A stretch of DNA of 62,490 bases, counting the filler, from Rhabdomonas costata (taxonomy: Eukaryota), in assembly GCA_019059605.1 (NCBI GenBank). It is 41 parts of 41 records of this genome, joined end to end, with 100 filler letters (N's around TTAATTAATTAA, not from the genome) between each part and the next. Parts side by side here need not be neighbours in the genome. Positions count along the whole stretch, not along the records: positions 24,437 to 25,863 come from JAHMHO010016252.1; positions 25,964 to 27,390 come from JAHMHO010016253.1; positions 27,491 to 28,916 come from JAHMHO010016254.1; positions 29,017 to 30,443 come from JAHMHO010016255.1; positions 30,544 to 31,970 come from JAHMHO010016256.1; positions 32,071 to 33,496 come from JAHMHO010016257.1; positions 33,597 to 35,022 come from JAHMHO010016258.1; positions 35,123 to 36,547 come from JAHMHO010016259.1; 33 more parts are not named here. One strand, written 5' to 3'. Both the position numbers and the translations under genes were made by a program. This document shows positions 24,437 through 35,505 of this stretch, in pieces. The notes below the pieces were generated by a model. That model was given only the letters and a program-made list of their open reading frames with translations, searched no databases and was not told where the DNA came from. Each line of letters begins with the position of its first letter. Positions within the stretch are counted from its first letter, which is position 1.

Positions 24437-25632
24437 GGTTCTTGCCCATCTGCTTCTGGTTCGTGTAGAACTTGTGCACCAGGTCGAGGGGGGTGCGTTC
24501 GGACAGCTTGATGGAGGGGTTCAAGTCCCACGGCGCGTTGCTCAGGGTGGCTGGAAAGCGGGGGTCACTGGGCAAGGGGCTGGTCAGCACAGAGAAGGGT
24601 TTCCCTGCCGCCAAACGAGACGTGAAAAGACAAAAGAAGAAAGGAGGAGGACCACTATTTCTTGGTCCTGTTCCCTCTTATGGTAAATCCCTGGCTTTCC
24701 TATACGGCAGTTGACAGTTGCTTTTCTGCTTCCAGCTTCTTTTGTTGTGCATCGCTTTATTTCCAGCCAAACAGCGAGCATTGCCGCTGTGGCTGGAGGA
24801 CCGGGCACTCAGTTTTCGGGAAACCACCATAAACGCATAACGACATCTAAGGGCTCATACAGCGGGACCCTAGGACTGAGCAACGCTATACCGCTCAATA
24901 GAATGGCAATGAGCAACCTACAGCCAATAGGTCTATAGAGCCCTTTAGAAAGGGGGACGGGGTCCATCAAGTGGCCCGATCTAGCCTAGCTTGCACAGCC
25001 CGCACAATTGTACAGCCCGCCCGAGGGGGAGGGTCTCACCAATAGCGCGGCCTTAGGGCCATGGGGTTCCAAGAATAGGGTTCCAAGGGTCCAGCCGGGC
25101 TATAGGCCTGGCCAACAGAGCCCGTAGGCCAGGGGGGGGGGGGTGCCTGGTAGACCCCTTTTTAGAGTGGTGGTTCCTCTCGAGTTTCCACTTAAACGCA
25201 CACGCGCGCGCAAGCGAAAACAAGAGAGCAAAAAGGGGACGTCGTCAGTCAAACAAACCGAAAAAATGATTACACCCATCAAGCCCTCGATTTTCAGCCC
25301 GGGCAATGGGACACAGCGACCACATTTTGCGGGGATCCCCCAAATCCATACTGTGCAGCATATTGTGAAAATGATGGACAAGTTTGCTTGCTTCTGCTTC
25401 ACAAGGTGCTGCCTGGTATTTGCGGTCCCAAAGACCCCGAGCCAACTTCACCTTCACCCTCCAATGAAAAAAGGAAGAGACAGAGCTCTTCAATCAGCAG
25501 AGCCCCAGCACTAGCGCCGCAAAGCAGCACACCTGAGCTGACATTCAGCTGGGGGGTCGCGTTGCGCAGGGCGTCAGGAATTCCCTCGGCGCCAGGGAAG
25601 AAACCCAGCAAGCCGTCGAAGGACCAGTTTTC
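24437..25632 (-). CDS. Phosphoesterase (AcpA acid phosphatase / phospholipase C family), 2 exons
   Basis: Exons 25632-25533 (ENWSFDGLLGFFPGAEGIPDALRNATPQLNVSS) and 24604-24437 (GKPFSVL...DPRFPATLSNAPWDL...DLVHKFYTNQKQM). ENxSFD..G.FPGA.G and DLxHxFY.NQ.Q motifs. Phase-1 GT-AG intron 24605-25532. Confidence 0.82.
25167..25260. repeat. Dispersed repeat family, copy 2 (in the phosphoesterase intron)
   Basis: gtggtggttcctctcgagtttccacttaaacg..cgcgcgcaagcgaaaacaagagagcaaaaaggggacgtcgtcagtcaaacaaac aligns with 3343 and 55116. Confidence 0.65.
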
Positions 25633-27490
25633 CTGCGCACAATTCCACAGAACCGAGAGAGTGGGCGGGAAACCAGTACAACGCTGTCGTAGGCGAAAAA
25701 ATTGCTTGAAATTGGTTTTGTCCCATTTCTTGATCATTCTCTCTCTCTGACTATTTTGTGCTTGCTGAACTCTGTCTTGGCGATTCTTCAGCCAAGGAAA
25801 ACAAAAAGCAGCCAAACTGTTCGCCATTCATAAAGCGTAGCCATCAAAGTAATACCCAAAACCNNNNNNNNNNNNNNNNNNNNNNNNNNNNNNNNNNNNN
25901 NNNNNNNTTAATTAATTAANNNNNNNNNNNNNNNNNNNNNNNNNNNNNNNNNNNNNNNNNNNNGGGTTGTGGTGTTTTAACTGACTTCGGTGAATTTGCC
26001 TGGGAACGGCGATGAACGGTTCCCAGGAGTTCCCTAACAAAAGGGGCAGAGTTACACAGTGCCGGAGCGGGCGGCTGAGGCAGGAAGGTTGGCTGGGCGG
26101 ACCTGGGGAGTTTTTGCAGCAATGCGCCGCAAAAGCGACACATGGGAGGGGTTTTCTGGTGACCGAGCATACCACCATAGTTTTACACCATATCGTTTAA
26201 CGTTGTTAAACCGCTTTAAAGTGTTACCCCCCCCCCTCAATGCATGACCCCAAGTCGAGAATTAATATCTGGACCTGCTGTTTCGTGTGGACGCGTTTGG
26301 AAAAGCGACGTGTTGAGGAGACCTGCTGTTTGGGTTTGTCGTGACAATTTCTAATCCCCCTCAGTATTATTGGCAGTTCCCACCATAGATTTTAAATGGA
26401 TGGCTGTTGGACCGAATTGCTACGAGTTTTTTCTCGTTGACTTATGCATTTTATGGACTGATTATTCACATCCAACGTTCAGGGCTGGAATTGAAAGGTG
26501 GCAATTCTTTTTGCCCGCACAATTCTTTTTGCCCGCACATACTTGTTGACAGTCATTTTTGTACTGGGGATGAAAGGGGTGTTCCGTTGCGCCTTTGTAT
26601 TTGGGTTTCCTTTGCGACCATTTATTGGCTGGAGCAGGAAGTGGCTTTCTTTTGGTAAGCCGGACAGCTGCGGTTCTTGCTCGAGGTCGACTGAGGATAA
26701 TGCTGGGACGCTGACGTTGGAGGGTCTGGAGCACCATTTTTGATTGTGTCGACTGTTTGTTGCCGTGCTGACCCCGCAGAGTGCAGCAGGCACAACGTAG
26801 TGTAGAAAATCAGGCCAGACTATTTTGCCGTTCAGGAAAGGCTATTGTGCTTCAGTGGTGCTTCTTTTTTTTTTGGTTTTTCAAAAAACGCTTTGTGAAA
26901 TTTGCGAAACCTATTGGGCACACGTTCAGCACATGTATGAAAAAGGTTCACTGCTAAGGTATGCCACCTGTTTATACTCCCTGGCCTTTAGACCGCCATA
27001 AATGTTTTTTGATTTTGTAATCATGACTATGAAATTTTGCCAGTAGTAGTATACGGAACTGGCGATTAGTGGGAAGGTGAGCAACAACATGCACTCCTTC
27101 AACGCTAACACACAACCCTACCACAGAAGCAAGACAGGAGCCAAGAACACCACACAGGAAGCACTACAGGAATGCTAACACCAGGAACCACCATACCACC
27201 ATGAAGGCCTCCAACACCAACACCATGAATGCCAACACCCTCAACTACCACAGGAACACAAGAAGCAGGAACCGCCACACCACCAACGCTAGAGACAGGA
27301 ATGCCATCCACCACACCAACAACGCTAGAAGCAGGAATACCACACAACCCCTCCACTCCAACACAACCAGAGCCAAGAACACCAAAAACCNNNNNNNNNN
27401 NNNNNNNNNNNNNNNNNNNNNNNNNNNNNNNNNNTTAATTAATTAANNNNNNNNNNNNNNNNNNNNNNNNNNNNNNNNNNNNNNNNNNNN

Positions 27491-28916
27491 TTTTGTTTGT
27501 GGTTTTAACCTCCAGAATCTCTGAAGAGTTCCGGCAGCCCGAACACTGAGAGTCCGATGTATGATTTCCCGAGCGCCGAGAACATGCTGGTGCGGCTGCT
27601 GGTGGTTTTGTTGCTGCTCCAGAGAATTCTGGTGAGAACGTTGCAATTCCAGAGCAGCAGAAAGCGCGACATGATTCTTCCTCCAGACAGTTTCAAGACA
27701 TGACAGCCAACCCCGACCCATACTTTGTATGACCACAGCTGAGGCTTGTCGGCGGATCAAATGCTGGAGTTTTGCATTGAGTGAATATGCACGCCAAGCC
27801 TTTGCAATGGTGGTCTGAGCCTTGTATTGACGCCTCTGCACTTCCTCTTGCAATCGCTCTTGCCCAACCACTTCTCTATAAAGCCTCTGCATGAGCCGCA
27901 GCTCTTTGCGACCGAAATGATAACCTCGCCACACGCGCTGAATATTCAAAGCAGACATAGAGTTGCAGCGGTGCTTCAGAAGACTGGTTGCAGTTCGATT
28001 TCGTGACAGAAAAGCCCGGCCCACGCGCTGCACATCAGTGACAGCTAAAATCCGCACAAGGTTCTCTTGGCGGGAGCGGAACAGAGCGGTGTGGTATTCA
28101 ACCAACTGGGCAGTTCTCTTCTTGAGCAGCCCTGAGAAATCACATAGAAGAGCATGGTCAAACCAACAAAAGTCTAACCCCAACCTCAGAGTAGTCCCGT
28201 CACTTCAGAAGCACCCAGCGCATCAACAATGCGACTTCCCGATAGACGGTGGAATGCAGCACCAGACCAGTGTCCATTCCTAAGCGTATTCCCCAGGTTA
28301 CCAACTTATTTGCAAACCTAACTCCCACAATAACTCATTCCCTAAATATTTACCAAGCCAAGAACTTCAACTAATCTTATCTGCGTGCCCAAGGAAAGAA
28401 AACAAAAATGAGTCAGTCAATCAAACATTGACAAACTGGTGGCGCTGCCACTGTCCCAACTATCACACGTACTCACACACTCAAGACCAGCACAACACCA
28501 AAGGTCTCAAAAATAACGTAAAAAAAAGGCCTATAGGGCAACTGCGGGGAAGCAATTCGGCGCACTCCGGTGCCAGCAGGAAGTACTCCAGGGCTCAACT
28601 TTTAGGTATGTTATTCAGCCAGGTCCACTGGGCCCTTGCCAGCCCATGCACAGCGAACAGGCCTCAGTATAGTGGTAGAGCAGGACAGACGGGAGGTGTT
28701 GGAAGATCAACACAAAAAGCCACAAGTGAAAGTCGTACAGCAAAATTGTTCGGCATACTTCTGAAGGCGCACGTGATGATAACGGCGGCCTTATTTCGCA
28801 ACTGGTCAGTATCCAGCATTGCTCGGTGTCTCGCTCGCTTGCTGTGCAGCCTCCAAAAGCGTTGAATTCTCACAGCAGCAAAGGCAAGCAAACGTTGCTG
28901 CCGCAGCTTCAGAGCG
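27491..28916 (-). CDS. IQ calmodulin-binding repeat protein, 2 exons
   Basis: Exons 28916-28759 and 28131-27491 (intron gtatgc...ctcag). Repeats AAVRIQRFWR, ALNIQRVWRGY, AQTTIAKAWRAY, AVVIQSMGRGW, AAGTLQRFWR. Confidence 0.85.
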
Positions 28917-29032
28917 NNNNNNNNNNNNNNNNNNNNNNNNNNNNNNNNNNNNNNNNNNNNTTAATTAATTAANNNNNNNNNNNNNNNNNNNNNNNNNNNN
29001 NNNNNNNNNNNNNNNNGGGGGTGGGTCGCCAG

Positions 29033-29159
29033 GTTCTCAGCGATTCCTCCAAGAGGGAGATCTATGACAAGTACGGGGAGGAGGGTCTGAAGATGGGCGC
29101 CGGAGGGATGGGTGCGGGGATGCAGTACCACGACCCCATGGATATCTTCCGGATGTTCA
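29033..29159 (+). CDS. DnaJ/Hsp40 co-chaperone exon (end of J domain and G/F-rich region)
   Basis: VLSDSSKREIYDKYGEEGLKMGAGGMG...DPMDIFRMF, between cgccag| and |gtacga. Confidence 0.92.
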
Positions 29160-30317
29160 GTACGAACCCATCACGCCCTTCTCGTCTCCGTTCGTGTCAG
29201 CAGAAGAACTTTCATCCATGTTTTACTGCATCCAGAAAGATTTATTCCTTGTTTGAAATTAGAACAGCTTCTTCAGACAAGAGTGTGAGCAAGCCCTTGG
29301 GCAGTTTTTTCAGTGCAAGTCTTCATAGGAAGATGGCCATCGCTGCGTCACAATTTCATTAGTGGATGTGGGGAGAAAAGACGCTGCGGAGTTGTGTGCT
29401 CGAATTGATTTTTCTCCTGAGTGGAAATCGTAGATATTTTAATAGTCCTCTGTAATCTTATACTTGCTCTTGCCCGAATATTTGCCCGGGGGATTCACTC
29501 ATTCTAGCAGCCCGAGTTTCTTTGTGGGTTATTAACGGTATGTTGTTCGTGTTACAGTACTTTTTGTAGGGAAAGGGAAAGGAAAAGGGAAAGTGAGGGA
29601 TTGCCATCTGGGGAACTCAATGCCCATCGCCACCCCATCGTTAACCTATCGCAAAGAAGTTACAAACCTGAAAGCCCGTGAACAGGTACCCGGGGATCTC
29701 CGGGATCGCGGTAGCGTGAAGTGGGGTGGGATGGGAGGGTGAGTGGAGTACCCGATTCCACCGATGTACAGTCTAATTGAGCAGCGGAGGTCACAGTGTG
29801 CCCAATAAGCTGCGCGAGGTCGACCGTCCACCCATCCCCGACACAGCGCTTGCTCTTCATCAGACGATACCGTTACCGTCTCACCTGAGAGGGGCAGCTT
29901 TCCAATGCACGGCTGTGCCCATAACAGAACAAAAGGGAAAAGAACAGGAGACTGGAAGATACCAGGCACTGCGAATGAAAAAACAGCTGATTTACGCGGA
30001 AGGGACCACAGCACACTTCTCACCTGAACATGGACTGACAGGCAATGCTCGTCCTCTGCACACATTTCGCGAATCAGCTTTCCGCAGATGACCAGCACCC
30101 TCGAGGCAGACCTGTCGACAGGTCGCACAAACCCTTCCCTCAGACTTATTCAGGAAAAGGCAGCACCCTAGCGCAACAAGAAGAAAGGCAAGAAGAGCTG
30201 CCCTTCAACCCTTCACGCCCCATCATTGTCCCCTGCAGTAATCTTCGCCGGTTAAACACCAATGCAAAGGGGTTGTTTACATTAGAGCTTACCTGAACGG
30301 AGTCTGAATGGAGTGTG

Positions 30318-30443
30318 AAGCCTTTTCCCCTCCCCGAGCAAGCTTTCAGCTTCGTGAAACTAGAGCACAAGTATTGCGCGCGCGCAATACTTGTGCTCTA
30401 GTTTCACGAAGCTGAAAGCTTGCTCGGGGAGGGGAAAAGGCTT
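30318..30443. repeat. Perfect 126-bp palindrome terminating a contig
   Basis: 63-bp arms with no loop, centre gcgcg|cgcgc at 30380/30381. Confidence 0.95.
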
Positions 30444-31730
30444 NNNNNNNNNNNNNNNNNNNNNNNNNNNNNNNNNNNNNNNNNNNNTTAATTAATTAAN
30501 NNNNNNNNNNNNNNNNNNNNNNNNNNNNNNNNNNNNNNNNNNNGTGGGTTGGTGATAGTTGAGGTGGTTATTTCACTCTCGACACGCCTTCATTTTGGAT
30601 GTTTTACTGGTAAGCGGATATACAAGTACGTAGAACAGGGATTGAAAAGCGGAAAACCGCGCATCAAAGCGCGCAACTGGCCCATCCAGCGGCGCAAGGA
30701 GCTAGTTGGAGCAAGGATCTCGCACGTACCTTTAGCTCATCATATACGGCGTCTGTTAGTGAAACTGTTCTGTTTTTCTTGAATGCTGACGTAACTTCGG
30801 GTCTTTTGTCGGTGCGTAATGCTACACTTACGACGAACTTGAAATGCAGACTGAACTTAGAGAACGGCTCCTGGGTTTGGAGCATGTAATTCTTCACAAG
30901 GGGAAAGGATTGTAACAAAAAAGCCGTTGTTATCAGGATGATATTTTCGAATGTTGGCTGGACAGCTAATTATGGACTTATGCCAAACAAAAGAGGATCC
31001 CAATTTAAGCAAACTTCACCACAGCTTTTTGATAGAATGATACAAAAGAAACAAAGCCATTGTAGAAGTCATTGGAGTTGGCCCTATCGACAAAACTGTA
31101 TCACGTGTGTTGTAGCAAGAACCTTTTTGCATAGAGAAGGCCGTAAAAATGTTTTTTGGATTGCTGTATACACGCTGCTGAAAACATTGTGACTTGTTGG
31201 TGCGTTTGATGTTTTTTCTATGCCTCATACTTTATAAAGAAGTTAACCAAAGAATAATTAATTTTTCAGCTTTTACTTTTGTGTGCGATTGATATCACTG
31301 ATTTCAAACAAAACATTGTTGGTGTTGTTTTTATATAGAACTGAAGATTTTATCGTTAATAAGAGGCAACATTGTTATGTCTCGTGTGACTGAATGGCGA
31401 ACTCTGCGTGGAAAGACAAAATGCCTTAGAAGATTTGGTAGATTGTGTTACATGAAGAAAGAACGCAAACTTACTCACGTAAAATGGCGAGTTTTTCCTC
31501 AACAGTGAAACGTTTTGAAGCACCTAGCAAATAACCAAAAACAACAAGAAGGATTCACGCATTTTGCAAACTCGTTTTAATTTCCATCGCGTATACACAA
31601 GCAGAAATAACTAAAAACATCCAGAGCATTCAGTTTCAAAAAAGTGATTATGGCAAACTGCGGCAAAGAATCTACCCATAAGAGTTCCAATATAAATGCG
31701 CACATAGATATATAATACAGATGAAAAATG

Positions 31731-31965
31731 CATTTTTTATAACAAGACAATCAAAATGGTGAGTTTCCTTAACTTTTTTCCACAACTCACAACAGGTTTC
31801 AGATAAAATTGGCAATACAAACGAGCTTCAAAACAAAGCGTATTTAGAAGACAAAAAAGTTAAGGAAACTCACCATTTTTTATAACAAGACAATCAAAAT
31901 GGTGAGTTTCCTTAACTTTTTTCCACAACTCACAACAGGTTTCAGATAAAATTGGCAATACAAAC
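31731..31965. repeat. 143-bp-period direct repeat containing 27-bp inverted repeats
   Basis: 31731-31822 recurs at 31874-31965. aaaatggtgagtttccttaactttttt (31753-31779) is inverted at 31853-31879. Confidence 0.9.
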
Positions 31966-32183
31966 AACACNNNNNNNNNNNNNNNNNNNNNNNNNNNNNN
32001 NNNNNNNNNNNNNNTTAATTAATTAANNNNNNNNNNNNNNNNNNNNNNNNNNNNNNNNNNNNNNNNNNNNTGTTGTGTGGAGGCATTACAATCGATGGTG
32101 AGCTATGCAGAGCTTTCCAAGAAGAAGTCAGGATGACGGTGAGTACCCCAGAAGGAGGGTGGGAGGAAGGATGCATCCCTCAC

Positions 32184-33098
32184 CTCCTTTCGCAGCACTT
32201 GCCCGATGAACGGAAAGGTCAGGCCGGCGAAGTTGGAGCCTCCACCTACGCAGGCAATAATGACGTCGGGGTACTCGCCAGCCATGGCCATCTGCTTAAT
32301 GGCCTCCTGGCCGATCACCTGCACGAATGCACCCCAAACCCCTCCTTCCTGGAATCCAGTCTTGAACTAAACCCAGCCTCTCACGGTTCCTAAGGTATAG
32401 CTCGACAGAGTGTCAACGACCGCGAATGCACCACGAAAGAACTTAAGGGAACATCGAGGCGTCTGATCACTGTTTTTTTGTCAACTTTGAACTGGTAAGC
32501 CAGCCAACCAGCTCATTAGTTGAATCCCTTTGGGTGAAGGATGACAATGACAAGAAAATGTAAGAAAGCCAACCGATGTGTGGCACGCAAAGTCTTCACT
32601 CCTCCCTACTCGTCGCATTCATCGCATGGTATAACTGCACGCACGATACTTCATCCCATTACTTAAATGCCCACTTCGAACATCGAGTAGCACGAAGAAT
32701 TTCTGCTGATCAATGAGAGAGAGAGAGAGGCTCGGTCGTGGAAGGAAATGGGGCGGGGGTTGCTGTCGGCTCGGCACAAAATACCACAAAATGTCAGCGG
32801 CTCTCACTCAGCGAGTGGATTACCACCCACCGCGGCCCATTCCTGCCGCTTTCTCTCGCTCATAGATTTTGGTTGACTATCCCCCCGACCCCGTGCGGGG
32901 CGAAGGGAGGGGGTACGGCACCGTCTGGTGCAGCATGACGTGGTTCAGCACGCTGCCCAGGCAGTACTTAGCCTCGGGGTCCTTCGCGGCGACCTCCACG
33001 GCCTCGGAGATGGCAATGCCCAGGCTCCCGTCACAGTTGGGCTGCTCCGCGCGAATCTTGCGGCCACTCTCCGTGCGTTCCGAGGGACTGCTGAACAC
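32184..33098 (-). CDS. trpB2: TrpB2-type tryptophan synthase beta-like PLP enzyme, 2 exons
   Basis: Exons 33098-32922 ([15 protein letters not shown]...[36 protein letters not shown]) and 32318-32184 ([37 protein letters not shown]). [10 protein letters not shown] and [12 protein letters not shown] are TrpB2 signatures. Confidence 0.93.
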
Positions 33099-34612
33099 CT
33101 AAAGGGCGCATATCCACTCTCACGCAGATAGAAGCCTATGTGAGTGAGTGAGCGGGTGACTGACATCACTTGTCGTCAAACCAAAACATTCCCAAAACCC
33201 GATGTGGGGACCATAATTGTTCACCAAACTCTTCGCGCACAGCTGGCACCCTGTTTGCTGGGCATCAGCCAAGATTTTACATCCAGGGGACTGGCACCGC
33301 CCAGACCGCCCGCAGAAAATGAATGGTGAATGGTGACCATTCCGTCCACTGCTGGATGCATCGGAAAAATAGAAAATTCCATAGGTGCCCGCGTCCATAC
33401 AAAATGGACCACTGCACCGCTGAGAAGATCACAGTTTTCGGGTGGGCTGCTGTAAGCAATATAGAGGCCCAGTGCAAGCACCCCCCCCCCCCCCTTNNNN
33501 NNNNNNNNNNNNNNNNNNNNNNNNNNNNNNNNNNNNNNNNTTAATTAATTAANNNNNNNNNNNNNNNNNNNNNNNNNNNNNNNNNNNNNNNNNNNNTGGG
33601 TGGGGAAGAGTCAAAGGGCGTGTGCCTGCATGGAGGTTGGGGGGAGGTCGTCCTCTGTAGAAGCATAGTTGTTGGTGATAATGAATGATGTAAGGTGTAA
33701 TAATCGGGAAGGAACACACGAAACACACCGGCAGACTCCAAAGGCCCGGCGAAGCCACATCGGCCACCACTGTTACCGAGGGCTCGAAATTTGAGCACTC
33801 TGGCAATCAGCGGGCATTCTTGTGGGTATGCTCTGCGCCGGCCAGCAGACTCTGGGCATCACACACTTCGACCACATGTGATGTCACAAATAGGTTGGAA
33901 AGCCAAAAGTTCTCCACGCGCTCACGTGCAGGCCACAGGACCGTTCCAGGTACTTTTGATTAACTCAGCCTGTACGTTCATGTGTGTATGTTCATTCCGG
34001 TGTGCGTTTGCTGAAGTGGAGCTGATGTCTCGACCCTCTGGTGCTACCCTGTCTTTGGTGACGAGGCCATCTATTTTCTGTAGACCCCTCGAGCAGCAGC
34101 GCCGAAGCAGTGGAGAAGCGGGGAGCTCCACTCTTAGTCCCAGGGCCTGCCCTGCGGCAGTTGACAATAGTGTCATTTTGCTGCTGAGGGCTGCGGAGCA
34201 CCTGCGAGGTGTGCCGGTACCAATAAAAGAGATCTGATCATGTGATTATGGGTGTGTGTGACTTGGCGAGCGCAGAGCGTTGGGGCTCCCTAGAACCACG
34301 GTTCTAATGCGCCAGTGAGGTTTCCTAAGTCCTCTGCCCAGCAGGTTTTCTCCACTAACACCGCCTCTCCCAGACTCCCCGACGCCACCAGACTGAAGTA
34401 GCAATACCACGTTTTGCCAGCATATGCAGAAAACCCAAAAAGTGGTCTTTTTACGGGGCGTTTTAACTGCGCGCTTCAAGAGGGATACGATCTCCCGAAG
34501 AGGAGAAGATCGCCTAGAGGAGGGAAGAAGGGGTCTTGCAGTCCGTTCTGTTGTAATTAGCTCGGTGGGGGTTTTGAGAGGGCATTTTGCTCGTTCAGAC
34601 CACGTGCGACAG

Positions 34613-34835
34613 ATCACCAGCTTGTCAACGTCGAATGCTGCGGTGGTTCAGCCGGGAGAGGACGTTGTAGGGATCAGCTGCTCTGCCGTGGAGGACCTAG
34701 CGCAGACCTCCTCGCAGTCGCTGGCGGCAGTCACCAATGCGCTGCAGCTGCTCTCCGTCTACAGCCGTAGCGCGGAGGATCCCCCAGCCGACGAGCAGCC
34801 AGGGCCCACCGCAGAGGACGCCCTGCAAAGCGATG
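34613..34835 (+). CDS. Hypothetical protein exon
   Basis: gacag| ... |gtgtgt with coding-like codons: ITSLSTSNAAVVQPGEDVVGISCSAVEDLAQTSSQSLAAVTNALQLLSVYSR. Confidence 0.4.
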
Positions 34836-35394
34836 GTGTGTCCTTGCCGTGCGCGTGTATGCTGAGGTTCTCGCGACTTTCTTCCTGGACTTTGTGCTTG
34901 TTTTTCGTTTCCAGATTCCTTGGAACCCGTCCCCCCCCACTCAGCTGCCCCCTACATCGCACCGGGAATGTGCGGAAAATTCTTTGTGACCTTTTTTTCA
35001 GCCACCACAAACCCCAACCACANNNNNNNNNNNNNNNNNNNNNNNNNNNNNNNNNNNNNNNNNNNNTTAATTAATTAANNNNNNNNNNNNNNNNNNNNNN
35101 NNNNNNNNNNNNNNNNNNNNNNTGTTTGGGGGGGGTGTTGAGGCTCTGAAAATAGTAGCCTGCAATCCTGGGGAAGCTGTCACATCACCATCTAATTCCC
35201 GCCCAGATTATTGCGCTGGAGCCCAGAGAACTTTCACTGGAAGATGCTGAAATCGGAGGTATGCGGGTGAGTGACATCCCGCAATCATAGCCAACTGAGA
35301 ATTGCACGCAAACGCTGTTATACGAGTGCTGAACGCTTGCATTGAGGTGCCCGACCTCGGCGCTTTTTTGTGTGCACCCGCGCTGCATCTCAAG

Positions 35395-35505
35395 GTGACG
35401 GTGAAGGGGTTCAGCGACAAGCTGGGGGTGCTGACCAAGCATGTGTTGAAGAGGATGCTCACCATCGTCCCAGACGAAGGCCTCTTCAACCGCATGAAAG
35501 AGCAG
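35395..35505 (+). CDS. M16 insulinase (IDE/pitrilysin-like) middle-domain exon
   Basis: VTVKGFSDKLGVLTKHVLKRMLTIVPDEGLFNRMKEQ matches V.GY.DKL..L...........F...KE. Ends at a CAG|GCATGC donor. Confidence 0.75.
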
